A stretch of 64,000 bases of DNA from Candidatus Aenigmatarchaeota archaeon (GCA_041489155.1 JBGPQP010000003.1:47744-111743), one strand, 5' to 3'; shown: positions 22,511 through 32,975, counted from the stretch's first letter. Notes: generated from the letters alone by a model not told the origin. Program-made: numbers and translations.

Positions 22511-22831
22511 TTACTTTGCTTTTGTTATCGTGTAGACTTCCTTGAGAGCCACTATCAGCGCTGCACCTGCTACGAAGGCGACGAATGCGGAAAGCATCCC
22601 GCCCACCATCGTACCAAGAGTCGTGTGTAATGCTGAACCGACAAGCATAAGCGCGACAGTCCCCAGAAGGAACTTCTGCACTTCCCCGCCTGTGACGTTA
22701 AGGAATCCTACAATGATTCCAAGCACGGCGAGGGCTGGAAGTCCGTAAACTCCCAGGTCGAAAAACCCTGCAATCACTGAAATTACTATTCCAACGATAA
22801 ATGCATATCTACCGACTGTTTCCATGTTCAT
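22511..22831 (-). CDS. Small multi-pass membrane protein
   Basis: Hydrophobic 106-aa ORF (LGIIVGFLNVT..E...FL); TATA-like element upstream. Confidence 0.75.
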   Translation of the reverse strand: MNMETVGRYAFIVGIVISVIAGFFDLGVYGLPALAVLGIIVGFLNVTGGEVQKFLLGTVALMLVGSALHTTLGTMVGGMLSAFVAFVAGAALIVALKEVYTITKAK

Positions 22832-23115
22832 ATAAATCTATATTTGGTTGCACCTATATAAATCTTTCTCTCTGTAACTGTTAACTGTTATAATATTTGT
22901 TGAATATTCAGCTTCTACGGCCGCGAAAGCACGAGTCTAACCTTTATAAAGGTAAGTCCCATATTAATCAACTAAAAGCGAAAAACGGCGTTAGGGATCA
23001 TGCGCCTCTTGGCGGTGAATGCTAATTCTGTTTTTTGTCTATTGAAACGTGTAAACCGCAAGTAGACAACGTTTACTTCAATAAAAGTTTACATGCTTTA
23101 GAAGGAGTGATAGAG

Positions 23116-24402
23116 ATGTCATTTGAAAAATTAGGAATAGAGCCGAGGATACTTGATATTCTCAGGAAGGCGGGTTTTGAAAAACCGATGCCCATACAAA
23201 GGGAGTGCATACCTCTCGTAAAACAGGGGAAGGACGTCATAGCCCAGTCGGAAACAGGGTCGGGCAAGACGCTCGCTTTCGCGATACCCATAATGGAGAA
23301 AATCGAGCAGGGCAAAGGCATACAGGCCCTTGTCGTCACGCCGACTAGGGAACTTGCGAACCAGATAACAAAGGAGTTTCTCAAGCTGACGGCGTACAAG
23401 ATGGCCAACATAACGAGCGTTTACGGAGGTGTGTCCATCGAACCCCAGATAAGTTCGCTTAGGACGGCGGATGTCGTCGTCGGCACGCCGGGCAGGATAC
23501 TGGACCATCTAGAGAGAAGGACCATAAATCTCTCAAACGTGAAGTACCTTGTCATCGACGAAGCTGACCGCATGCTCGACATGGGCTTCATAGACGACGT
23601 GGAGAGGATCGTAAGCTACACGCCGAGAAGCCGCCAGACCATGCTGTTCAGCGCGACCATACCCGGGCCAGTGTATGGCATAAGCCAGCGCTACATGAAG
23701 AATCCAATAGCGATAGAGACTGAAAGGCATGTCAAGCCGGAGTTTCTCCGCCAGATATATTATGACGTCATGGAGAACGAGAAGTTCTCTGTCCTTGTCC
23801 ATCTTATACAACAGGAAAAGCCGAAGCTCGCGATGATTTTCTGCGGCAAAAGATCGACAGCGGACGCAGTCGCGAGAAACCTGCAGATGCAGGGCATAAA
23901 CGCGAGGGTGATACACGGCGGGCTCGAGCAGAACAAGCGCGAGCGCATAATAAGCGACACGCATGCTGGCAGCGTTCAGGTGCTTGTTGCAACGGACGTC
24001 GCTTCGCGCGGCCTCGACATAAAGGGAGTGACGCACGTCTTCAACTATGACGTTCCAGCGAAGAAGGACGATTACATCCACAGAATAGGCAGGACCGCGC
24101 GCGCCGGCAAGTCTGGCATCGCGATAACCATCCTTTCAGACTCGGACTACGACAACTTCCGCAGGATACTCAGGGACAACATGGGCCTCAACGTCGAGGA
24201 AGGCGCAAAAGAAGACTTCAGGCGCATCCCGTTCAATCCGCGCGCAGGCCGCGAGTACAGAGGCGATGGTTATCATCAGGGAAGCCATTACGGAGGCGGG
24301 GGACAACATGGCCATCGTCATGCCCGTGACAGCCACAGAAGCTACGGACATCGCAGCAGTGAGCATGAGCATCGCAGCAGCTGGAGATCCCGCAGCCGTT
24401 AG
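23116..24402 (+). CDS. DEAD-box RNA helicase
   Basis: TGSGKT, PTRELA, DEAD, SAT and HRIGRTAR motifs; GGAG SD before the ATG at 23116. Confidence 0.96.
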   Translation: MSFEKLGIEPRILDILRKAGFEKPMPIQRECIPLVKQGKDVIAQSETGSGKTLAFAIPIMEKIEQGKGIQALVVTPTRELANQITKEFLKLTAYKMANITSVYGGVSIEPQISSLRTADVVVGTPGRILDHLERRTINLSNVKYLVIDEADRMLDMGFIDDVERIVSYTPRSRQTMLFSATIPGPVYGISQRYMKNPIAIETERHVKPEFLRQIYYDVMENEKFSVLVHLIQQEKPKLAMIFCGKRSTADAVARNLQMQGINARVIHGGLEQNKRERIISDTHAGSVQVLVATDVASRGLDIKGVTHVFNYDVPAKKDDYIHRIGRTARAGKSGIAITILSDSDYDNFRRILRDNMGLNVEEGAKEDFRRIPFNPRAGREYRGDGYHQGSHYGGGGQHGHRHARDSHRSYGHRSSEHEHRSSWRSRSR

Positions 24403-25151
24403 GTTTTTTTGAAAAAGATTATTCTGGCGGGTTTCCCGCCTTTTTTTATAATCACTACGTCGCCTTTCTCTAGCCTGCATGCCTGCTCTTCCTGGCCGTC
24501 AGAGCAGACTTCGCCTTCCTTGCTCTTGCAGGTTATCGTAACCTTGCCCTTGGCCATCGTTATCGCGCCTTTTCTGAGCCTTCCTTGGTAAGGAGCGACT
24601 GCCACAACGCCAAACCTGCCCGGCGTGTCGAAAGGCTTCGCGCCAGCCGCCTTTGCGTAGGCGTAGGAGCCGCTTGGCGTGTAAACTATTATGCCTGAAT
24701 TCCTTTCCCTCGTTTTCCTCCCGTCTATCGCCAGCTCCGCTTCCATCAGCCTTCTCACGTATATCGGTGAGACCAGCACCTCGTTTATGGACTGGAAGGG
24801 CATCTTCGTGTTGCTTATCACGGTTTCCAGCCTGGTGAACTCGCGGATGAAATAGTCCTTCCCTTCCCTGCCGCCGAACAGCTTCCGCGCCTTATTTACG
24901 AAATCCCTGCCTGTCGCCGTCGAATAATGCCCGACCGACTTGCCGGGGTTTATGCTGAACATGGGGCACTCGAGGAACGACTGGTGCTTCAGCATCGTAC
25001 CATCGCCGCCGACCATTATGGCGAGGTCGCAGTCCTGCGGCTCGTCGAAGACGTATGCGATGCCATGCTCCCTGAGAATGGAACAGAGCTTGAGCACTAT
25101 CTGCTCGCCGTATTCCCTTTTCCACGTTATGTAGACTTTCGAGAATTCCAT
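24399..25151 (-). CDS. NAD(+) kinase family protein
   Basis: GGDGTML, INE and TPSGSYAY..AAG motifs. Confidence 0.85.
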   Translation of the reverse strand: MEFSKVYITWKREYGEQIVLKLCSILREHGIAYVFDEPQDCDLAIMVGGDGTMLKHQSFLECPMFSINPGKSVGHYSTATGRDFVNKARKLFGGREGKDYFIREFTRLETVISNTKMPFQSINEVLVSPIYVRRLMEAELAIDGRKTRERNSGIIVYTPSGSYAYAKAAGAKPFDTPGRFGVVAVAPYQGRLRKGAITMAKGKVTITCKSKEGEVCSDGQEEQACRLEKGDVVIIKKGGKPARIIFFKKT

Positions 25152-25360
25152 GCTTTCGCCCGTCGTCCGCGCCAGATAAACTAATTTTGTCCGCGGTTCT
25201 ATATATTCATTTTATAGAGTCCTGCCTTTGCCCCGGCTGCCGGCAAATTACCCAAAATTAAGTAAAATTAACCACTATTCGATGACAAAAATATTTATAA
25301 ATATATAATATAATTAATTAGTAACGATTCGAAGATTTCAACTACCAGAGGTGTTTGTGG

Positions 25361-26737
25361 ATGGATTTCGGCTTTGAAGGCTTCGACTCCGGTTTCACCG
25401 GTTTTGACGTGGATGTAGAAGAGTTTCAGGTCAGCAAAAAGAAGAAATATGACAGGATATGGAAAGTCGGTTTCGGCGGAAGCGTGTGTTCAAAACCCGT
25501 CATACTCAATGACGTAATATACTTCGGCTCCCTCGACCACAACGTTTATGCTATTGATATCAAAACGGAAAAAGAGGTCTGGAGATTCAAGACCAACGGC
25601 ATAATATTGGATTCTTCCCCGACGATACACAATGGTGTATTGTTTATAGGATGTTTTGGCGGAACCATTCATGCAATAAACATTCGGACAGGCAGGGAAG
25701 TGTGGAATTACAAGGCAGGAGGAGAGATAAACTGCAGGCCGCTTGTCTGGAACGGCGCGGTTTATTTCACGTCGAAGGACGGTTTTCTTTACGCCGTATA
25801 CGAAACGGGAGGGAAGGAAATCTGGCGCTTCCGGACAGGAGACGAAATGGTTTCATCTCCCACTGTCCACAAAGGCAAAATATTCATCGGTTCTTATGAC
25901 GGCAATCTTTATTGCATCAAGGAGGATACAGGCAAGGAGCTGTGGAGATTCAGAACAGGGGCGGAGATAGAGAACGATGACCAGTTCCTCATACACGAAG
26001 ACATCATCTACTTCGGAGGCTTTGACAATTTCCTTTATGCGGTTGATATCGAAACCGGCAAGGAAATATGGAGGTTCAGGACCGGCAAGTATGGCAACAA
26101 CAGCGTTCCAGTGATTCATAACGATGTTCTTTACCATGGAAGCAGGGACGGCATTTTTTACGCGCTTTCGCTTGAAGGCAAGGAGATATGGAGGTTCAAG
26201 GCGGGAGCGGAGATAACGGACAAGGGCCCGCTCGTATACAGGGGCAGGATTCACTTCGGGTGTGGCGACGGGAACGTGTATTGCTTGAGCACCGAAGGAG
26301 AGGAAATATGGCGTTACAAGACGGACGGAGGCGTGTACACTTCGATAGTCGAGCATGAAGGGGTCCTATACTTCGGCAGCTGGGACTGCCACCTGTATGC
26401 GCTGGACGCGGACACAGGCAGGGAAATTTGGAGGTTCACGACAAGCACGCTAACAAAAGCCCCATTACCTCCTGCATACGAATGCTTCGAGATGGAAATC
26501 AAAAAGGAAACGCACATAGAAGAGGCCATGGGAGACAGCAGGTACAAGAAGAAAAGGGAAGAGACATCGTCCCTATCAGATTATCATATTACAAGCGAAT
26601 ACCACACGGAATCGGAGTACAAGCAGAAATCAGAGTACGATACGAACTGGGTCATGTTTGAAGATGTCATGGAAGGAGAGGAATTATGTCTTTTGGATTC
26701 GAAGGTTTCGCATCCTCGGATTTTGAGACCGAGCTAG
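25361..26737 (+). CDS. PQQ-like beta-propeller repeat protein, copy 1
   Basis: Repeated LYA.D..TGKEIWRF blades; GAGGTG SD; no signal peptide. Confidence 0.9.
   Translation: MDFGFEGFDSGFTGFDVDVEEFQVSKKKKYDRIWKVGFGGSVCSKPVILNDVIYFGSLDHNVYAIDIKTEKEVWRFKTNGIILDSSPTIHNGVLFIGCFGGTIHAINIRTGREVWNYKAGGEINCRPLVWNGAVYFTSKDGFLYAVYETGGKEIWRFRTGDEMVSSPTVHKGKIFIGSYDGNLYCIKEDTGKELWRFRTGAEIENDDQFLIHEDIIYFGGFDNFLYAVDIETGKEIWRFRTGKYGNNSVPVIHNDVLYHGSRDGIFYALSLEGKEIWRFKAGAEITDKGPLVYRGRIHFGCGDGNVYCLSTEGEEIWRYKTDGGVYTSIVEHEGVLYFGSWDCHLYALDADTGREIWRFTTSTLTKAPLPPAYECFEMEIKKETHIEEAMGDSRYKKKREETSSLSDYHITSEYHTESEYKQKSEYDTNWVMFEDVMEGEELCLLDSKVSHPRILRPS
26645..26702 (+). repeat. 58-nt direct repeat at the propeller 1/2 junction; second copy at 29280-29337
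   Basis: aactgggt(c/t)atgtttgaagatgtca(t/c)ggaaggagaggaattatgtcttttggattcga; 56/58 identical. Confidence 0.9.
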
Positions 26738-28041
26738 AGGATTTCAGCGTGAAGAGGATCGGCAAGTTCGACAGGATGTGGAAGATTACCGAAGGCGGCA
26801 GCATAGCCCATTCCATACTGCACGACGGCATGGTTTACTTCGGTTCTTGTGACAGAAATGTTTACGCCGTTGATTGCAAGAGCGGCAAGGAGATATGGAG
26901 GTTCAAGACCGGAGGACCTGTAACAGCAATGCCCTTTTTTAAGGAAGGCGTGCTTTACATAGGCTCGCATGACGGCAAATTCTATGCGCTTGAAGCAAAG
27001 AGTGGAAAGGAGATGTGGAGATTCAACGCAGGCAGCGAGATATTTTCCGGTTCATTCGTTCATGAGGGCATGATTTTCTTCGGCTGCAGGAGCGGTTATT
27101 TTTACGCGCTGAACACCGAAGGCGAAGAGCTCTGGAGGTTCAGGACGGGCAGCGAAATAGTCTTCAATCCCGTCGCCGCAAATGGAAAGGTTTTCGTGGG
27201 CTCGTTCGACAGGAACCTTTATTGCTTGGACTTCGAAAACGGCAAAGAACTCTGGAGGTTTAAGACAGGAGACATCGTGCACGCTGACATCATGCCGCTG
27301 GTTCTGGAAAATATGATTTACTTCGCTTCTTTTGACAGCTATCTGTACGCAGTCGACGTTACAAGCGGCAAGGAGATATGGAGGTTCAAGACAGGAAAAT
27401 ACGGAAATGCAGGAAGTCCCGTGTGTTACAGAGGAGTCATCTACCACGGTTCCAGAGACGGAATTCTTTATGTCCTGACTCTTGAAGGCAAAGAAATGTG
27501 GAGATTCAAGACGGGAGGCATGCTAGAATCTCCACCTCTAGTCAAGGATGCTTATGTTTATCTGACTTCCGAGGACGGGAATGTTTACTGCCTAAATCTC
27601 GATGGGAAAGAGCTGTGGAGGTTCAAGGCCGGAGGAGCGATTTACACCTCGCCTAAATTCTACAAAAACGTTCTTTACATTGGCTCATGGGACTGCCATC
27701 TTTATGCGCTGAATCTCAGGGGGGAAGAAATCTGGAGATTCGCAACAAGCTCTCTCGTTCCAGCACAAATACCGCCGGCCCACGAGGCCTTCAAGATGGA
27801 GATATCAAAAACGTTTGAAAGCGATACCATTGAAGAAAAGGACAAATACAAGGCGAAGAAAGACGAGACAATCTCGCTTTCCGACTATCACGTCAAAAGT
27901 GAATATCACACGGAAAGCGAGTACAAGCAGAAGAGTGAATATGAAGCCAACTGGGTTATATTTGAAGGAGTTCTAGAAGGTGAACAGATATGGACTTCGG
28001 ATTTGAAGATCTTGACACCGGCTTCTCGGCTTTCGACGTAG
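26686..28041 (+). CDS. PQQ-like beta-propeller repeat protein, copy 2
   Basis: Same repeats and same terminal motifs as copy 1. Confidence 0.9.
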   Translation: MSFGFEGFASSDFETELEDFSVKRIGKFDRMWKITEGGSIAHSILHDGMVYFGSCDRNVYAVDCKSGKEIWRFKTGGPVTAMPFFKEGVLYIGSHDGKFYALEAKSGKEMWRFNAGSEIFSGSFVHEGMIFFGCRSGYFYALNTEGEELWRFRTGSEIVFNPVAANGKVFVGSFDRNLYCLDFENGKELWRFKTGDIVHADIMPLVLENMIYFASFDSYLYAVDVTSGKEIWRFKTGKYGNAGSPVCYRGVIYHGSRDGILYVLTLEGKEMWRFKTGGMLESPPLVKDAYVYLTSEDGNVYCLNLDGKELWRFKAGGAIYTSPKFYKNVLYIGSWDCHLYALNLRGEEIWRFATSSLVPAQIPPAHEAFKMEISKTFESDTIEEKDKYKAKKDETISLSDYHVKSEYHTESEYKQKSEYEANWVIFEGVLEGEQIWTSDLKILTPASRLST

Positions 28042-29372
28042 ACGTAGAGGAAGTCGTGGTGAAGAAGACGAAGACTTACGACAGGGTATGGAAGACAACC
28101 ATGGGCGGGAGCATAGACAACAACCCGCTGATGCATGAAGGGATTATCTACTTTGGCGCGTGCGACGGCCAAGTCTATGCGGTTGATGCAGGAAGCGGCA
28201 AAGTCATCTGGACGTTCAGGACGAGCGACACCATAGTCGGCTCCTCGCCCGCGCTTTTCGGGAACTCGATAATCATAGGATCGTACGACGGGAACCTCTA
28301 CAGGATAGATTTGGAAAAAAGGGATGCGGTCTGGGTTTTTAAAACCTCGGGCAAGATATTCAGCTCGCCGTTTGTATACGGGGAAAACGCCTATTTCGGC
28401 TCGATGGACGGTAACGTTTATGCGGTCAACTGCGAGGTCGGCAAGGAGACCTGGAGATTCAGGACGGGCGGGGAGATAGCGTCATCGCCGCTGGTTGAGA
28501 ACGGAAAGGTGTACATCACATCTTACGACCATAACATGTATTGCTTGGATGCTGAAACAGGAAAGGAATTGTGGAGGTTCAGGACAGGGGACGAGATGAT
28601 AAACAACATACCCTTCATAGTACACAGGGGAGTTCTCTATTTTGGCAGCCTAGACAATTATCTTTACGCTGTTGACTGCAACACAGGCAAGGAGCTGTGG
28701 AGATTCAAAGCTGGCAAATACGGCATCGGAGGCAGCATGCCAGTCGTCCACAAAGATGTGCTTTACTTCGGTACAAGGGACGGGGACTTTTTTGCCCTCA
28801 CTCTTAGAGGTAAGGAGCTCTGGCGCTTCCGCGCGGGCGAGCCGATAATCGGACAGCAGCCAAGGATTTACAATGGCATGATAATTTTCGGATGCGAGGA
28901 CGGCAACATTTATTTCCTTGATATCAAAGGCAAGGAAATAGGAAGATTCAAGACAGGCGGAAGACTTTACGGAAAGTTCCTTTTGCATGAAGGCAAGATA
29001 TACATCGGCAGCTGGGACTGTTATCTTTATTGCATAGATACTGAGAACAGGAAGGAAGTATGGAGATGCCCGACGTCGACAATGGTGCAGGCCTACATAC
29101 CGCCGGCACACGCCTCGTTCAGCGTCGAGATAAAGAAGGGCGTGCATATAGAAGACGCTGTCAGCGAGGACAAATACAGGTCGAAAAAGAAGGAAGAAGT
29201 TGTTTCCCTTTCTGATTATCACGTGAAAAGCGAATATCATACGGAAAGCGAGTACAAACAAAAATCAGAATACGATACTAACTGGGTTATGTTTGAAGAT
29301 GTCACGGAAGGAGAGGAATTATGTCTTTTGGATTCGACACTTTTGAATCCGGTTTCTCGGATTTTGATGTAG
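27990..29372 (+). CDS. PQQ-like beta-propeller repeat protein, copy 3
   Basis: Same repeats and same terminal motifs as copy 1. Confidence 0.9.
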   Translation: MDFGFEDLDTGFSAFDVDVEEVVVKKTKTYDRVWKTTMGGSIDNNPLMHEGIIYFGACDGQVYAVDAGSGKVIWTFRTSDTIVGSSPALFGNSIIIGSYDGNLYRIDLEKRDAVWVFKTSGKIFSSPFVYGENAYFGSMDGNVYAVNCEVGKETWRFRTGGEIASSPLVENGKVYITSYDHNMYCLDAETGKELWRFRTGDEMINNIPFIVHRGVLYFGSLDNYLYAVDCNTGKELWRFKAGKYGIGGSMPVVHKDVLYFGTRDGDFFALTLRGKELWRFRAGEPIIGQQPRIYNGMIIFGCEDGNIYFLDIKGKEIGRFKTGGRLYGKFLLHEGKIYIGSWDCYLYCIDTENRKEVWRCPTSTMVQAYIPPAHASFSVEIKKGVHIEDAVSEDKYRSKKKEEVVSLSDYHVKSEYHTESEYKQKSEYDTNWVMFEDVTEGEELCLLDSTLLNPVSRILM

Positions 29373-30685
29373 ACGTTGAAGAAGTGACGATGAGGAAGAC
29401 CAAGAAGTTCGACCGCGTATTCCGCGTCGGCTTCGGCGGCAGCATAAACCAGAAGCCGCTTATTTTGGGCGATATCATCGTTTTCGGCTCCATGGACCAT
29501 TACCTTTATGCGGTTAATCTGGAGACCGGCATGGAAGCATGGAGGATGAAGGCGAACGGCATCTTCATGGAATCGTCGCCCGTGACAGACGGCGAGACGG
29601 TTTTCATTGGCAGTTATGATTATTGCCTTTACGCAGTTGACCCCGAAGACGGCGGCATCAGATGGAGGTTCAGAACAGGAGGCGAAATCCTAGGCACGCC
29701 CGCACTGGACGAAAAGCATGTTTACATAGGTTCAAGGGATGGAAGCTTTTATTGTCTGGACAAAGAGTCGGGCAAAGAACTTTGGAGGTTCAGGACAGGA
29801 GACTGGGTTGTAGCGAGCGCATTTGTCGATAAGGGAAGGGTCTACATAGGCTCCTTTGATGGCAATTTCTACTGTCTCGACAAGCGCACAGGCAAGGAGA
29901 TATGGCGCTTCAGGGCCGGTGCGGAGATATACGATGTCTACCCTGGTAATGTAATGAATGGCAGAATTTTCGTTCCATGTTTTGACAACAACCTCTACTG
30001 CATCAATGCGGACAACGGCAAGGAAATATGGAGGTTCAGGGTCGGCAGATACGGCACTGCAACTGCGCCAGCCGTCTACAAAAACGTGCTTTACCAGGAA
30101 TCAAGGGACGGCATCCTTTACGCCCTGACGCTTGATGGCAAGGAGATCTGGAGATTCAAGACAGGCGGCCTCATAGGGATGCCTGTCATAAAAGAGGACA
30201 GGATCTATGTCGGCTCGGCTGACAAGAATCTTTACTGCGTAGATCTGCATGGAAAAGAGCTATGGAGATTCAGGACTGACGGAGATGTTTTCTGGTGCCC
30301 TGTGATAAAAGGCAACGTGATATACTTCACCTCTTGGGACTGCCACCTTTACGCCGTAGATTTGGAAACGCGCAAAGAGTTGTGGAGGTTTGCGACTTCC
30401 ACGTTGTCGCAGGCCGAGTGGCCTCCTGCGTACGAAGGCTGGGAAGCAGAAATAAAGAAGGGAATGCACATAGAGGACGCAATAACAGAGGAAAGATACA
30501 AGGCCAGGAAAAAGGAGAACGTGGTTTCACTCTCCGATTACCACGTTGCCAGCGAGTATCATATGGAATCTGAATATAAGCAAAAGTCTGATTACAGCAC
30601 TAACTGGGCTATGTTCGAGGAAGACCTGATTACAGGGTTCATTCAGGCAGAGAGTATCAACATTCTGCAGAAATTTATGAAGTAA
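29321..30685 (+). CDS. PQQ-like beta-propeller repeat protein, copy 4
   Basis: Same repeats and same terminal motifs as copy 1. Confidence 0.9.
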   Translation: MSFGFDTFESGFSDFDVDVEEVTMRKTKKFDRVFRVGFGGSINQKPLILGDIIVFGSMDHYLYAVNLETGMEAWRMKANGIFMESSPVTDGETVFIGSYDYCLYAVDPEDGGIRWRFRTGGEILGTPALDEKHVYIGSRDGSFYCLDKESGKELWRFRTGDWVVASAFVDKGRVYIGSFDGNFYCLDKRTGKEIWRFRAGAEIYDVYPGNVMNGRIFVPCFDNNLYCINADNGKEIWRFRVGRYGTATAPAVYKNVLYQESRDGILYALTLDGKEIWRFKTGGLIGMPVIKEDRIYVGSADKNLYCVDLHGKELWRFRTDGDVFWCPVIKGNVIYFTSWDCHLYAVDLETRKELWRFATSTLSQAEWPPAYEGWEAEIKKGMHIEDAITEERYKARKKENVVSLSDYHVASEYHMESEYKQKSDYSTNWAMFEEDLITGFIQAESINILQKFMK

Positions 30686-30697
30686 AAAAGCCTGACC

Positions 30698-31777
30698 CTA
30701 ATCGGCGACATGAGGCAGCAGGTTCGCTTTTTTCGTCAGCCACCATACAATTAAGGTTGCCACTATCGTACAAATAGCAAGAACCGGAATGTACCAGTAG
30801 ACGTCGTCAGCAGTGAACTGGAACATGGGATTGCCGGCGATGGTCGCGATGGTGTTCGGGACCAGCAGCGCGGTGCCTATTATCGCAAGATACGCCGCCA
30901 GCAGCGCGAGGCGGTTGTTGAGAATCTGGAGCTGGTTATTGTATATTGATTGCAGCACTTCGAGGCCGCTGGCAAGGACCTCGCTCAGGTGCTCGGCAAG
31001 GCCGATGTGCGAATGCACCTCGCCGACCAGGCCGCTAAGCCGGTCAAGTATTTTGGAATCATCCGTGAGCAAATCAGGGTCGCCGTAGCGTATCGAGTTC
31101 AGCGCATCCACGGTTGACCACATCCCCCCGAGATAGACGATGAGCGCGTGCTTCATCTGGTGTATCTTGGGACCCAGAATCTGCCGCGGCGTTTTGGGAT
31201 CCGAAAGTTCCTCGCTCATCTTGTCTCCCAACTCTTCTATCTCCCTCAGGTGGTCGAAGTTGCGCGAGTTATTTTCATCGATTATGCGAATCAGAAGCAT
31301 CGTTATCTTGTCGTTCTGCAAAAGACCTTCAGGAAGCTTTCTCAGCAGGGTTTCAGCGTATCTTCTCACGCGGAAAAACCTTTTGGTTTCAATCGTGTGT
31401 ATCGTGAAGATTACGTTCTGCTTTATGAAAATCAGGAGAGGATCTATGTCCACTTCGAAGCCCTTGACTTTCAACGCGGGAAGCAGAATGCCGACCTCGT
31501 TGCCAAAATCCTCGTAGCCGCTTCGGGAGGATTTAATGATTTTCTTGGCAAGCTGCTCGGTAAAGCCCAGCGATGTTGCGACTTCAACGCTTTCAGTTTC
31601 AAAGTCGCTCACAACGTAATCTATCCACGCTACGGTCGCTTCTTTTATCAGCGGGCAAAAATCCTTTACGTTGTCCGACTCCTTGCACCTCGTCTCGCCG
31701 CTTTCGTAAAGCGCTGCGCAGAAGCCGCGGTTTTCAAAAACCGAATCCTTGTTTTCCCCTTCATTCGCGTTTTCCAT
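30698..31777 (-). CDS. CorA-family divalent cation transporter (atypical; no GMN seen)
   Basis: Soluble N-domain with WID, long helices and two C-terminal TMs; AGN appears in place of GMN. Confidence 0.75.
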   Translation of the reverse strand: MENANEGENKDSVFENRGFCAALYESGETRCKESDNVKDFCPLIKEATVAWIDYVVSDFETESVEVATSLGFTEQLAKKIIKSSRSGYEDFGNEVGILLPALKVKGFEVDIDPLLIFIKQNVIFTIHTIETKRFFRVRRYAETLLRKLPEGLLQNDKITMLLIRIIDENNSRNFDHLREIEELGDKMSEELSDPKTPRQILGPKIHQMKHALIVYLGGMWSTVDALNSIRYGDPDLLTDDSKILDRLSGLVGEVHSHIGLAEHLSEVLASGLEVLQSIYNNQLQILNNRLALLAAYLAIIGTALLVPNTIATIAGNPMFQFTADDVYWYIPVLAICTIVATLIVWWLTKKANLLPHVAD

Positions 31778-31810
31778 ATTTTACTATCGTTTCGGGAAAT
31801 ATAAATCCCT

Positions 31811-32410
31811 TTAAATGCCCAGAAATCTTTCGGCGATTTTTTTCACATCCTCGAATACTTCATCCTTAGTCCTGTCGCCGTTTACCACGAAGAAGCGCTC
31901 GTCCTTCGCCATTCTGTGATACGCGTCCCTAACCTTGCGCAGCAGCTCGACCTTCTCGAGCCTGTCGTCCGGTCTCGCCCGCTTCCGCTGCAGCGAAATC
32001 TCGGGTGCGATATCGATGAAAATCACGAGGTCCGGCTTCCTCACGTTCTCATGCAGCTTCCTTATCCATTCCGGCTTAACGCCGAATATCGCCGATTCGT
32101 AGGCGATTGTGGAATAATAATATCTGTCCGAGACGACAGTCTTGCCATCCGCCAGCGCGGGCAGAATCGTTTTCTTCAGATGCTCGAAGCGGTCGGCCGT
32201 GTAAAGGAGAGCAATTGTCTCGCCACTTTTCAACTCGAACTTGCCCGCGAGCCAGTCTTTCACGAGCCTGCCTGCCGGATTATCCGGGCTCGGCTCCTCC
32301 GTGTAAAGCACTTGCGCGCCTTTCTTGCGCAGATGCCCGCACAGCAACTGTGCCTGAGTCGCCTTGCCGGATTTATCGATGCCCTCGAACACGATGAACT
32401 TGCCCTGCAT
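31811..32410 (-). CDS. tmk: Thymidylate kinase
   Basis: FIVFEGIDKSGKATQ, DRYYYS..AY and PDLVIFID motifs. Confidence 0.95.
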   Translation of the reverse strand: MQGKFIVFEGIDKSGKATQAQLLCGHLRKKGAQVLYTEEPSPDNPAGRLVKDWLAGKFELKSGETIALLYTADRFEHLKKTILPALADGKTVVSDRYYYSTIAYESAIFGVKPEWIRKLHENVRKPDLVIFIDIAPEISLQRKRARPDDRLEKVELLRKVRDAYHRMAKDERFFVVNGDRTKDEVFEDVKKIAERFLGI

Positions 32411-32438
32411 AAAGAACAATAATATTTTTACAATTTAA

Positions 32439-32975
32439 TTAATAAGGCACATTCTTAAGATTCAGAAGATACGCCACGAAGTTCGCTGACAGATGGATTA
32501 TCGGCGTCATTACCAGAAGTATAACAATCCATTCCCATTTTAATGCGACCACAAGGCTAGCGAAGACAAGCATTCCAGCTATGAAGTCGAGTTGGTCCAG
32601 CAGCGGCGCCGGCCTGCCGCGTGCGATGCCAAGACGTCTTTTTATCGCTGAGCCTCCGATGTCGCCGAGCATCGCGCCGAGGCCCATCACGAAGCCGAGC
32701 AGCGGTGTCATGGGAACGATATCGAGCAGAACAGGCGACAGGTTCCATGGCAGAAGCGGAGCGACGAACATCTGGAACATCGCGACGAGCATCGCGACAA
32801 TCACTCCTAGCGCCAGACCTTCCCACGTTTTGCCTGGTCCAAAAATCTGCTTGCCCCGCCACGTGCGCCCGCCATCTATCGCTCGTTTTCCTTTTGCAAG
32901 CATGCATAATCCGTTCGCTCCGTAGGCAGGCCACATGAGCCAGACGGCTTCGACGAACGTGTAGATGTCTATCAT
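32439..32975 (-). CDS. carS: CDP-archaeol synthase
   Basis: PAYGAN, IDGG, GPGKTWEG, GDIGGSAIKRR and LLDQLDF motifs. Confidence 0.93.
   Translation of the reverse strand: MIDIYTFVEAVWLMWPAYGANGLCMLAKGKRAIDGGRTWRGKQIFGPGKTWEGLALGVIVAMLVAMFQMFVAPLLPWNLSPVLLDIVPMTPLLGFVMGLGAMLGDIGGSAIKRRLGIARGRPAPLLDQLDFIAGMLVFASLVVALKWEWIVILLVMTPIIHLSANFVAYLLNLKNVPY

Noticed and set aside
25361..30685. Diversity-generating retroelement or CRISPR explanation for the repeats
   Set aside because: No reverse transcriptase or cas gene in the window. The repeats are in-frame protein repeats, and the junction-repeat differences are C/T rather than adenine-specific.
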